From Epiperipatus broadwayi (lineage: Eukaryota; Animalia; Onychophora), in the NCBI GenBank assembly GCA_028023455.1, contig JAQFVV010000006.1, forward strand, positions 19,778,001 to 19,842,000: a DNA stretch of 64,000 nucleotides, given 5' to 3'. The translations under genes were made by a program, and so were the position numbers. Below, piece after piece: positions 27,445-38,994 of this stretch; the stretch's first letter is position 1; each line of letters starts with the position of its first letter. The notes under the pieces are model-generated. The model was given only the letters and a program-made list of their open reading frames with translations, was not told where the DNA came from and ran no database searches.

Positions 27445-27542
27445 ATTATTTTTTGGGTTACAATATATATAGTAAATAAATGTCTAAAAAATAAATTTTT
27501 ATCTTTTTACAATTACAACATGTATTATACTATAAATTTATT

Positions 27543-28280
27543 CTATTTATTTAGCATATGGTGTCAGCACCTTAAAATTCAACAGCAACAGTTCTTAACC
27601 AATGAAGAGCCAACTCCTCCAAGTTATGAAGAGCAAAAAGGCCAACCGAGGCCTGGTAAATTGGACATTCCTTGTAAATATGTACCATAGTTTATAGTCT
27701 TTCACACAATCTGGAGAGTCTACAAATTCCCACTTGCGCAATATATAACAACATCTATCCAGGCCTGTTCTGACTCTGTTAATCTTTGAGAAGAGTTTTC
27801 TTAATGAGGGAAACCTGGTACTCGGAGAGGATCAGCTATTAGAGAATGATTATTTATGCTGGAGATATTTCAAACATGTGCCAACATACAATGTAGATGA
27901 CTGCTGATAATTACCCTAAGACACAAAGGCTGCCTGAGATTTGGGGGACTAATCAGAGTAAGATTGATTAGATGATTTGGTAGCTCAATAAGCTTGTTGA
28001 ATTCATTGATAGTTGCCAACCTGTGTCTGATGTTAGCTGGAGATATATTTGAGAGTACAATCATTCTACTAGTATTGACCTAAGAGTGCCAGAAATATTG
28101 TGCAAGGTTTCATTGACTTGAGTATCCGCAAGATTAGAATATGAATGTCTGCAGCATACTGGACAGCAGTACTTAGCCACAGAGTAAACAAGTGCTAGTC
28201 TATAAGTTCTAAGGATGTCAGCATTAGAATTCCATGTGGTAATCGCAAGCATGGTGAGATATTATTCCTGGTGGCAAATT
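27543..28280 (-). mobile_element. Vingi/Ingi-clade LINE, 3' fragment
   Basis: LAITTWNSNADILRTYRLALVYSVAKYCCPV...DTQVNETLHNISGTLRS; VLSNISPANIRHR; DPLRVPGF...INRVRTG..RC...KW...SPDC; 3' end ccatatgctaaataaata. Confidence 0.75.
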
Positions 28281-28739
28281 TATTTTTCATATCTATAAGA
28301 TGGGGTTTAAAGAAAAAAATTTGATCCAATTTAATTCTCAAGTATTTTGGGTGTGACGGATTTGTAACTTTGTAGTTGCAGAAATTAACATTAAGACCTT
28401 TTTTTAACTAGACTGTTTGTTATTGAGATGGAAACAAGTGGAAAATGATTTCTCTGGATTAGACTCAAGATGTCAAATACTGAAATAATCCTCGAGTTCT
28501 TTTAAATCAGTGTTTAGATTTATATCATAAAGTTACAACTAAAATATTGAAATTTTTCTTTAAATTTATGCCATAATTTACAATAAATGTATACAACGAA
28601 ATCCACTACATTGAAGACTTATAAAACAACTAGTGCGATTAATTTTCACCTTAAATTATGATTTATACAACAAATGCAAAGACATAAAACAAACATTAAA
28701 ACAGTAGATAATTTTGCCGCAAATGTCTATAGATAAGAA

Positions 28740-29160
28740 TATATATACATATTTTTGTTTAAAAATATTCCCCTAAGTGATTATAATATAGTAATTTTCA
28801 TTATGATTTTAAAAGAATTTAAAAGTGATAAATATCAAAGAAAAAAAAAAATTTAAGCAAAGTATGGGGAAAATGGTTTCCATTTAGTGCATCAATTTCT
28901 TTCTACCTCTACGATAAAAGTGTGTATATTTTTGTTTAAAAATATTTTCCAAAGTACTTGCTTGCACTGTAATAATTTTACTAATGATTCATAAAAGCAA
29001 AATGTGAAAATTAATTGCTAGCATCAAAAAAACTTCAAAATAAATACATAGGGAAAATGACAGTCATCAATTTAGTTTGCCTACTTTTTATGTCTAATGA
29101 TAAAAATATATCTATTTTTGTTTAGAAGTATTCTCCTGGGTATGTATATTATAATAATAT
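28740..29160. repeat. Highly diverged ~180-bp tandem array (2-3 units)
   Basis: tatttttgttta.aa.tatt recurs at ~28750, ~28930 and ~29112; gggaaaatg...catcaattt recurs at ~28866 and ~29051. Confidence 0.5.
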
Positions 29161-31386
29161 TAGCCATAATTCATAAAATCAGAATTTGATATCTGAGTAA
29201 TTTTAATATCAGAACAAATTCAAAATCAAAATGCATAGAAAATGGTGGAAATTGAAGTGCTAAATATGGAATGATAAAAAATGCCAATTTGCTAAAAAAG
29301 AAAATGTTATAATAAACGGTATTGGCTGATTTAGTTTTAAGTAAAACATCAAATATCATTATTAATTTTTTGAACTTAATTTTGTTTTTGAATTTATTTG
29401 TGTTTTTTTTTTTTTTTTGCAATTTGTTCAACTTTATTAGTTTGTTGGTTTTTTTTTTTTTAATTCTTTTTATCTATGTTAAAATATTTATTTTAATCAT
29501 GAGCAAAAAAAAAGTGTCATTATTGAAAAAAAAGATAATTTCTTTAAAAAAAAAAACACTGTAAAACTATTAGTGATTTAAGTTCTAAATACAATATCTT
29601 GTTTACATCAATGATAAAACTACTTAAAAATAAATAAATTAGAAAGTGCAGAAAAAGCAAAAAAAGAATTCCAGCATAAGTAATTTATTTTGTAATATTC
29701 TGGAATTAAAAGAAACTCTCTTGCTAATGTGTATTAATCAAAAGCAAATGATTGCAACAGAAGATGATTAATGGAGACTTCATGTGGATTAATTAAGCAA
29801 ATAGAAGGTGATAACATCAATGAAGGAATCATTTGTAAAATGGTCAAACAATTATTTGAAGAATTTTTTTAAATCTTTAGTATTATATTATAAAGTAGTT
29901 TATAGCTAGAAAAGCATAATTCACTGGATTCAGAAAAATTAACTACATTGCATAGCATTATAAGCCATAGTCCGGTTGCTGACATCGAGAAGACTTATTG
30001 AGCAAGAAAACAAATTCTGAAATCAACAATCTGTACATTTTTATTAGAATGTATAAGTTTATGCTTAATTCTATGACTTAAGTGTTATCATTTCTACAAA
30101 TTTTTCATAAGCATTCAGAAATCTAAATGAAAAACTTTGTTTTTCAGAAAATGTAGGAAAAAAATAATATGCCCTAAGCATGCACATTCTACATAATTTA
30201 ATTCTCTTTAAAAAGATATTATTAAAATCATGTTATTACCCTTATAAATTGTTGTTTTTTTAATGAAGATTTCATAAAAGCTGTTTTCTAAAAAATCTTT
30301 TTTAATGTTTAAAAAAAGAATGGAGAATTCATGTACAGGAATTTTAGAAAGAAGTAGTAAATACTTTCAGAAGTACATTATTAATAATTACATTTTATAT
30401 TCATCAAAAATGGAAAGAAGTTTAATTCATTTTATTGCTTTTATATATATTTAAATAAATCATACAATATATCTTTATATAACATCAGAGAATAAATATA
30501 AGATATATGCCAAAGCGCCAAACAGTAACTTACAAAAGGGACAAATGCTATACTAATTCGATATTGTCACCAATTTACAAGTTATGAATTTGCAAGTAAA
30601 TCAAATTCTAAAATAATTTTACTTATAAATATTAAAAGTTAATTCACTTCTCAAATTAAGTAGCTTCTTAAAATCAACCAACCAAATTATAACTTACCAA
30701 AGGATATGAACTAAACTTGTTTATCATATACTTGCAAATAAGTCATATGACCCAACCTCAGCTATATTAATTCTCACATCTAGCAAATAAAATTATTTGG
30801 CAATTCATGCGGAGAACACCAAGAATTATACCACTAATAAATATTACAAATTATTACTACTAAGCTAAGGGAGGAGGAGAAACCTCGACTCACACCTGTA
30901 ACACACTAACAACCTCGGCATCCCCTCACATAAATTCCCCAAATCAAGTTACAATTAATTTATTTCTGATGTTAAGTTTTCTCCAGTCTCCCCACTATCA
31001 CCAAACTTTACCATCTCCACAATGTTATATTTCATGATTTAAGATTCGTGAAATAAATAATCTTATTAATTCAATTAATCTCCTTGTCACCTTAATTCGG
31101 TAATACCAAATTTATGAGCTCTAATCTTACAATTGAAAACCTTATAATCAAAACTCTTATACTCGAAAACCTCATAATCGAAAACTTATGATCTCAGGGT
31201 TCAAATTCAGAATGTGAAGCTCTGCTGGTGATTCAAAATTTATTGTTGACTAATGAATGCTATCCCAGCAATTGTAATTCAAGTAGACACTTCACTTGGT
31301 CTATCTAAGTCAATATCTGCTGCTCATCAACCAATAATAATTATAATAATATTAAATCTGACAAATTACCAAACAATTAACTAGAA

Positions 31387-31570
31387 TAAAATAATTTAAC
31401 TACTTTAAAATTTAACCAAATTATTATCAACTGGGAATACATTTGAATACCAGAAATGGGAAAGGGATTTTATGTCTATAAAATAATTTAACTACTTTAA
31501 AATTTAACCAAATTATTATCAACTGGGAATACATTTGAATACCAGGAATGGGAAAGGGATTTTATGTCTA
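31387..31570. repeat. 92-bp tandem duplication
   Basis: 31387-31478 / 31479-31570, one mismatch (ccagaaat vs ccaggaat). Confidence 0.92.
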
Positions 31571-34500
31571 CTGGAGATATTTGCCATAGCACAATAAATT
31601 TATGGAAATGATAATTAACTTTAAAATTAAAGTTTCTTCTAAATGTTTGCCATATAACCATGATAATTTATAACACAAGTTGAGAATGTTTCTTCAAAGC
31701 ATTTCTCAGATCTCAAAATAAAATATTAATTTAATATATCTGTACGGAAGTAAGCATTAAATATTTTATTAAAATTGCATATGATTAGATTTCTGGATTT
31801 TATGGGTACCAAAAACATTAAGACACAACGCCAAAATTTTTAATTAACAGATAATGTTTATTAACAAAATAAATGATAAACTATAATAACAATATAATAA
31901 AACAAATCTTCATAGCTATCCAAATGATAATAAACATAAAATATTTACATGGGGATTTGCAGCCGCTACCGAAAATAATCCCTTCCCTGTGCTTACATTT
32001 CTACAAACATGCCTCTCTTACTACAAATGTATCTTTATTGAGGTAATTGGAACAGAGTAAATAACAATAATATAAAAAAAAATTTCGACCAGTTATATTT
32101 TGCTGGTTCGACAACCCTTTCTTGGGAGGCAAGCTTCAATAAACATTTATTATAATACTTATACTTAGTAAGTAGAAATTAACTTGCCAATTTTTAATAA
32201 ATAAGATAAACATATCCCTTAAGGCTATTGACTTGGCAAAATTAACATTATGCTTCGATGTACATTTGACACTTATAACTACTTGTGTAAATCATTGCTT
32301 ATCCTTATATTAAATTCCTCAAATCCTAATTTTAGAATGATTCGCTCTTTAGAGATCACATTCACACACATAAATACATTTAATGCTTTCTATGTCCCCA
32401 ACATGAGTACTATTCATTGTTTTACCAGTCCAGTGGTGACTTGTTTCAGCTGTGGGCTAGATATGATGTGCACTGCTTACCTAAGCTCTCAATAATAATT
32501 AAATTTAAATTTTGAAGAATTATCAGTTCTAGAAATGATTGCGAGCAAAGCTTAGCTAAACATTATACATCATTTCTTTAAGCTATACTTTAAATCTAAA
32601 GTACCCTAAAGTAGATAACACACTTCAAAACTACACAACGACCCATCATAAAATTAAACAAAATTTCATACAAAATATGGTGATAAAATATTCATCCATA
32701 AGAAAAAGAAATTTGTGAAATAACCTACTAGTGTTGGCATGAACCCAGAGCGCATCTTCTACCTGAGGGCTATGAGATATGTTAGGACCTAGTCACTACA
32801 CATATGAAGACGGGCATGCACTAACCACTACTACTACAACTACGAAATACCTATTAGAGAGTAAATTAATAATGGAGCTGGGAATACACCCTCAATCTCC
32901 GAACACCTTAGAATTCTTAACAATTATAACCATGAGAGAGCTATGCTCCATCTCAACCTTCAAAGCAGCAAAAACTTTGCATACCCTAATCAAACAAGGG
33001 TCATCACAATCTCATATAATCCCGAGAGAACAGGGTTTGAACTCTCAAAAAAAAACTATATTATTGATGTATGTACCGATAATTTAATAATAGTCTAATA
33101 TGACTAAATAATAATAAAATAAAATTATCGAAGTCTTAAATACTATAAATAAGAAATGTGCATCATTCATTTTCTTTTAACATATAATGATTTTAAACCT
33201 CTCAACATCTAGGACATAGCAATATTAAACCTTTAAAATATATGAATAAAATAAAGCATCAATCTAAAAGCATAAAATTAATATCTGCAAACCACTTAGA
33301 CAAATATTCCACACTTTTCTATAGACACCTCATTCATTTCACAATAGCATCCAGGTTAAGCAATATCAATAGATAATCATAATATAAAGGCATGTTTTCC
33401 CTACCATAGCCTAAATTTAACACCGGGTATATTTTGCAACATGTTTAACTAATATACTCAATCAAATAATCTTTTAACATATAGCAAATTAATAAACAAT
33501 AAATAATAAAGAAAAATAAAATTATACTTAAAGAGTTCTTTCTTAGAACAGTTCATCACTGATGATTATCTTCCTCCATACAACTATCTTAAGTTCATCC
33601 ACACATTTTATTAGCGTGCATAAATTGTCTAAATGTAATATTTCTAAAAATGGCCATAATTTTCAGAAATCAAGTTATCCTTAGCATTATATAATTGTTT
33701 CACGATATTATGGTATCCTTTCGCACAATTAATATTCTGACATAACAGCTGCATTTTTCTTCTGGATCCAATAAAGACATACATGTTTCCTGAAGACACA
33801 CTTACTATTCCAAGCAAGAAATTTATATAATTCAAGGTTAAATTTCAAAGTTAGTCACAAGCTTAAATACATCTTAATAATTCCAACTCTCTATAAAATT
33901 TTAATTCACTATTTCTACAGGATATATGCTTGGTTTAGCATTTATTACTTTTACACTAAAGCTTTGGTTTTATTCAATTTTTATTTAACTTTTCATTTAC
34001 CACTAGACAATAATAGTTTGAGCACTTTCAAAATTTCTTTCACGCAAAGAATCAGTCTTTCTTTGACGATAAAACTTAATAAAATATGTAGGTAACTTAG
34101 CCCATACTTTGGACTAGATTTGCAAAGTATAAATTTATAAATCTTATTATATTTCAATTCAAAGTTTTTTTTTTAATACTTTTTTGAACACCATCGTTTC
34201 CATCTCTTATACATCATAATTATTTTAACAAAAGAATTATTAACAAAAATTAATACCTGCAAGACTTGACTTGGGGAAAATTGGTAAATCCATCTCAGAT
34301 GTCTCATTCTCCGCATAGCCATACCAAAATTTGCCAATCTGGAATTTGATCCATGATTAACTTCAGGGGTCAAAATTAAATGTACCTGATTTGGTGGCTT
34401 TATGTACATGTTTTTATAGAATACAATAGAATTTTAAATCAATATCAAGTCAGAAGATGGACAAACTAAAGAGTATAAAATTCACTAGAATAAATAAAAT

Positions 34501-35482
34501 GAAACAGAAACTGGGTGACGTGGATTAAGACCCATAAGAACAATGAAAGGAACTCTCTCAAAATGTATATGTTCCTTTTATAATCTCTGGTTATCAATCA
34601 ACTTCCGACTCATCCCCTTAACCATTCACCCTTGGTATTAAATTTTTGATTAGCTATTAAACGTAATTTTAATATTAATTATTCATACGATTAATAATTA
34701 CGTGGTCTGCTTGAAAGATTCCGGGTTTTACACTGTACAAAAAAAAATCTGTAGCAAATTGAAATAAAATTTTATAATAGAAACTAATAGACTAAGTTTT
34801 AAATTAAGATTTATGATTGAATATTATTAAGGATTTATCTGAAACTGGCATGGAATTACTGTTCTTTCAATTTGCTATCAAATGATATCTTACATGAGAC
34901 AAGGAAACCTATAATTGTCCCAATAATTAAAATTTTACCTTTAACACATGCACGCTTGCTCATACACCAATACTCTTGCTAGCTAATCATAGTAATTCCA
35001 ACTAACACTAAGCCTATTACACAATTCTTAAAAATTGTATAGATTTTCCTTACAAATTGACTATTAAAATGAGTACTATTATGAACAAGCTAAATTTTAT
35101 GATCTACATCGATGTTTTCAATTATTTATTTCCTTTTATTAAACAAATATTACTTGTCAATCATAACATTTAACTCTTAACCATTAAAGTATATTTTTAC
35201 TGTGTATTAGACTTCAAATTACCTCCACACACTTAAGACAAACTCATACATTAGTTTTCTCTCAAACATTTTACAGATATTATTTTTTTATACATTTTAC
35301 ATTGCCAGAAACTTTTTGATTCCTCTAATCATTTACAATTACTGTTATTTATGGAATTTTTTACTTAATTAGTTTTCTTCTATGAGAAATTTTTTATTTA
35401 TTTATTAAAGAACAGCATCTTCCCCAAACTCAGACATCTTTGATCAAAACTAAAGGTTACAATATATAACAATAATAATAAT

Positions 35483-35532
35483 ACATAAAAGCAATTTTCA
35501 GCAAATATTGATTTCTGCCCTTTTCAATGTGT
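35483..35532 (-). ncRNA. Hammerhead motif, U3-A8 core variant
   Basis: ACACA TTGAAAA G GGCAGA-AATCAATA-TTTGCT GAAA ATTGCTT T TATGT. Core and GAAA intact, 6-bp helix II, one helix-I mismatch. Confidence 0.55.
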
Positions 35533-35672
35533 TTGGAACTATTTGACCATTATAATCTACATAGTAACACCTATCTCTTTTATATAAATAAATAATAAGT
35601 TCTAGTTAATTTTTTAGAAGAGATAAATATCACTCTGTATGCAATGTAGATTGTAATTGTAAAATAGTTTCA

Positions 35673-35720
35673 AAATACTGAAAAAGGCAAAAATCAATAT
35701 TTGCTGAAGAGCTTTTATGT
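35673..35720 (+). ncRNA. Degenerate mirror hammerhead
   Basis: AAATA CTGAAAA A GGCAAA-AATCAATA-TTTGCT GAAG AGCTT T TATGT. C3/A8 mismatch and GAAA>GAAG, so probably inactive. Confidence 0.45.
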
Positions 35721-37442
35721 ATTATTATTGTTTATATATTCAATTACTGCTTTTATATAAAAATATTTTATATTCTATCATATGATTTATTTTATATTCT
35801 ATTGAAATGAATTGTCTTGATAAATTATTTCAAAATTATTATCAAAATGAAAACTACTTTAATTATAAAAATAAAAATTTACCAGTACAATATCAATAAT
35901 TCCATTTTTTAACATTAATATGTAGAAGAAATTGGCTGTGTAAATATATAGATGTTTATGTGTGTAAATGTACACACTATATGTATGTACACATATATAA
36001 ATTGCTCAAATTCAGTTATTAACATATATTTGCTCTCTTATATCAATATTATTACTACATATTTAAAAACATTTTTATTTAATGCAATATAAAATAACAA
36101 AATGCTGTTTAATTTTTATAAAAAAAAAAAATGGTTATTAATTTATGCACAATGATTTAAAAATATAATTTTTTTTTAAAATCTGTATATGAAATATATA
36201 TATTTAAAATTAATAACTTTAAAAATGTTTTCTTTATTTTCATTTTATGATAATGATTAATTTTTTCACTTTCATTTTTATGATATATTAGCTTTATGAA
36301 ACATATATTTTATTTTTATTATGTAATTTGTTATTGTGAAAATCGCATCTTCAACAAAAAGCATAAAAATTTAATATAGCATATATGTTAACATCAAGAT
36401 AAAAAAATATTGTTTCATTAAAATCTTACTATTCTATGTATTTTTACATTTACATTTTTTTTTTCTTGGTTAAATGGTTGTTTTGGATGGTAAATTTGGT
36501 CTAAGTTATGGTCCTACAATGAATTTCAATCTAAACTACAATTAGTCATAGCAGATTATACAATATGTCAACCATAAATAAGAAGTAGCTTGAAACTAAA
36601 CTGCTCTATTTACATGAAATTTAGTTTTCGTGTGTTTCGTACAAAACATGAAGTGAAAAGAGATTAAATAATTCTTTGAATTGAGAAGGAAAAAACAAAA
36701 ATAGAAAATTAATTTGAATATAATTTTTTTGTTGTTGATGATGATATTACATTTTTTACACATGCAATTGTCACTATATAACAGTAAAAAAAAGGCATAA
36801 AAACAATACTTTTTTTAATATTATAATCCGTATATGTATTTGAAATTTATATCCACATAGTAAAATTATTTTACAGTATATATAATAAAATTTAAAATAT
36901 GATTCCAAATAAGAGAATGCTAAAACTAATCATCTTTGAGATGATAAGCAATATAGATTCATTATTATTTAATTTCTATATACAAAAAAAAAATAAAGAT
37001 AAAAGTATGAATTTAGTATAAGGCTCAATAAAGTTGGGAGAAAAATGGGAATTAAATAAAAATTGGAAAGTATAAAAACAATTTTTAAGGATGAAGTTGG
37101 TCAAAAGAGGAAATGCTAAGATGATATATAAATCACGTAACATATTGAATTAACGTAATATCTTGACAAAATTTGACTTTGAATGAAAGTCGATAAGATG
37201 AAAATAAGTATATGATTAAAATATATAGTTGTCTATTAAGTTGATTATGTTTACATATTCAATTCAGTGAGAAATTATTAAATATACATCCTTAAGATTT
37301 AAGTTTCTGGTAATCTATATTGCTTCAAAGACAACAACTGTTCAATCTGTAAAAATTTATTACTATAATTGTTTTGATATACAAAATTAACAAAGAGTAT
37401 GCCACACTTGAATGAGAAGCTATAAAGATACACAGAAATTAT

Positions 37443-37490
37443 TACACGCTAAGCGCTTTCGAGGTCTTTTGCCTCATATTCATAGTGGTA
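37443..37490 (-). ncRNA. Mirror-image hammerhead copy (one helix-I mismatch)
   Basis: Same as the 37772-37819 motif except accGct>accAct, giving an A-C mismatch in helix I. Confidence 0.7.
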
Positions 37491-37771
37491 CTGTGAGCTG
37501 CAAAACGAAAAAATAGGGCAAGGGAAACAAAACAGTATGCAAAGCATATGCAAATGAACTAGATAGTCCAACGTTTGGAGATGTCAGAGCAGGTATCTCG
37601 TCTATTGATGGAGTTATGAGAAGCATATTTTATTAATGGCAATAATAACTCCATCAATAGACGAGATACCTGCTTTGACATCTCCAAACGTTGAACTATC
37701 TAGTTCATTTGCATATGCTTTGCATACTGTTTTGTTTCCCTTGCCCTATTTTTTCGTTCTGCAGCTCACAG

Positions 37772-37819
37772 TACCGCTATGAATATGAGGCAAAAGACCT
37801 CGAAAGCGCTTAGCGTGTA
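37772..37819 (+). ncRNA. Minimal type-I hammerhead ribozyme, A3-U8 core variant (predicted cleavage after 37811)
   Basis: Helix I TACCGCT/AGCG(T)GTA; core ATGAATA (37779-37785) + T insert; helix II GAGG-CAAAAGA-CCTC; GAAA; palindromic helix III AGCGCT; triplet CUU. Manual fold. Confidence 0.75.
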
Positions 37820-38276
37820 ATAATTTCTGTGTATCTTTATAGCTTCTCATTCAAGTGTGGCATACGCTTTGTTAATTTTGTATATTAAATTATCGAATGA
37901 GAAGTCTTAAAATCTTTAATACTTTATAATTGTTTTGATAATTTATATACTGTGTATAAATATGAATCTGAATATAAGAGATTTAAAGAAAACATATACA
38001 GTGGAACTGCAAACTACTCTACATCTAATTATGCAATTTCAATTATGAGCTATTCAAAAAAAAATGTAAACAAATAAACAAAAATTTAACTAAATAAACA
38101 AAAAAAAAACATTAAAACTTACAAATTTATGACATTCGAGTGGCCATTTTTTTTTCTCTGAGTACTATATGCAATCACAATAAAAATAAAAAAAAGTACA
38201 ATTTCTAAATAAATTTTGCATTATATTAATAGCCATTTTTCTATCTTGGTATGCTGTACGTGATTTTATACATTAA

Positions 38277-38340
38277 TAAAATTTCATCAGTTTATTTTAA
38301 AAGCCCATAAAATTTCATCAGTTTATTTTAAAAGCCCATA
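38277..38340. repeat. 31-bp tandem duplication
   Basis: taaaatttcatcagtttattttaaaagccca x2. Confidence 0.9.
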
Positions 38341-38994
38341 TATTTTATTCTCCTTATATTATTCTTTACAAATTTAATGTGCAATATTTTGCATAAAAAA
38401 ATATTTTCTGATCATACTGCTAAAAGTTTTACGAAATTTTAAAACGTACTAAAAGTAGAAGTTGACTTAAAACATGAAACTAATTAGAGAGATTCTAATT
38501 TCTTGATGGCTAAACCATTATTATGTTTCTATAAGAAAAAAATTACTTTTTAAAAAAAAAGAATATTGCCCAGAGTATATTTAATAGTGAAGAAAATCCA
38601 CACATTTCGCTATTTACTTTATTTTTAAAATAAAACTACAGGAAGTCAATTTTTTTTGTTATTCATATTGCTGCAGAAAGGAGTTTGCTATTAACTGAAA
38701 GGAGACCCTTTGATTCCTCTTGGAGGCCTTAAAGGAACCGAGCAGGGCAAATTCCTAATGTCCACTCCATACATTCTTGTCGTTGCAGCTGTTATTACTA
38801 TGTGATTATTCATACAATATACGGACATGGATGGGCTGCTCACCAACACGCATTAGCCAGCGTGGTGAGTTTATTGGCTTTTTACCTCTGAGTTTAAGAT
38901 CAAGAAACACCATGGTCTTTCTTCTCAGTGCCTGATAAGGCAGAATGAATGTTTATGTAAATGATAGATATTTTTCCAATACATATATACAATT

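Larger units (their letters stand above)
35461..35740. repeat. Older fold-back element with hammerhead motifs in both arms (probably PLE-derived)
   Basis: ~120-bp inverted arms (35461-35580 / ~35617-35740), roughly 80% identical by eye with small indels. Confidence 0.75.
37377..37924. mobile_element. Fold-back mini Penelope-like element (inverted pLTR pair) with hammerheads
   Basis: 241-bp arms 37377-37617 / 37645-37885, 27-bp spacer, 5 mismatches and no indels by manual comparison. Arms begin with a PLE-ORF-like C-terminus (NSINRRDTCSDISKRWTI*) followed by a hammerhead motif. The direct repeat tataattgttttgata at 37364-37379 and 37925-37940 is a candidate 16-bp TSD. Confidence 0.8.

Noticed and set aside
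29600-30100. Possible hAT C-terminal relic (SPVADIEKTY...ILK)
   Set aside because: Similarity is too weak and fragmentary to call.
32093-32135. ACCAG/CTGGT-C-GAAA motif on the minus strand
   Set aside because: The core reads TTGTCGA (A6 lost) and there is no helix III.
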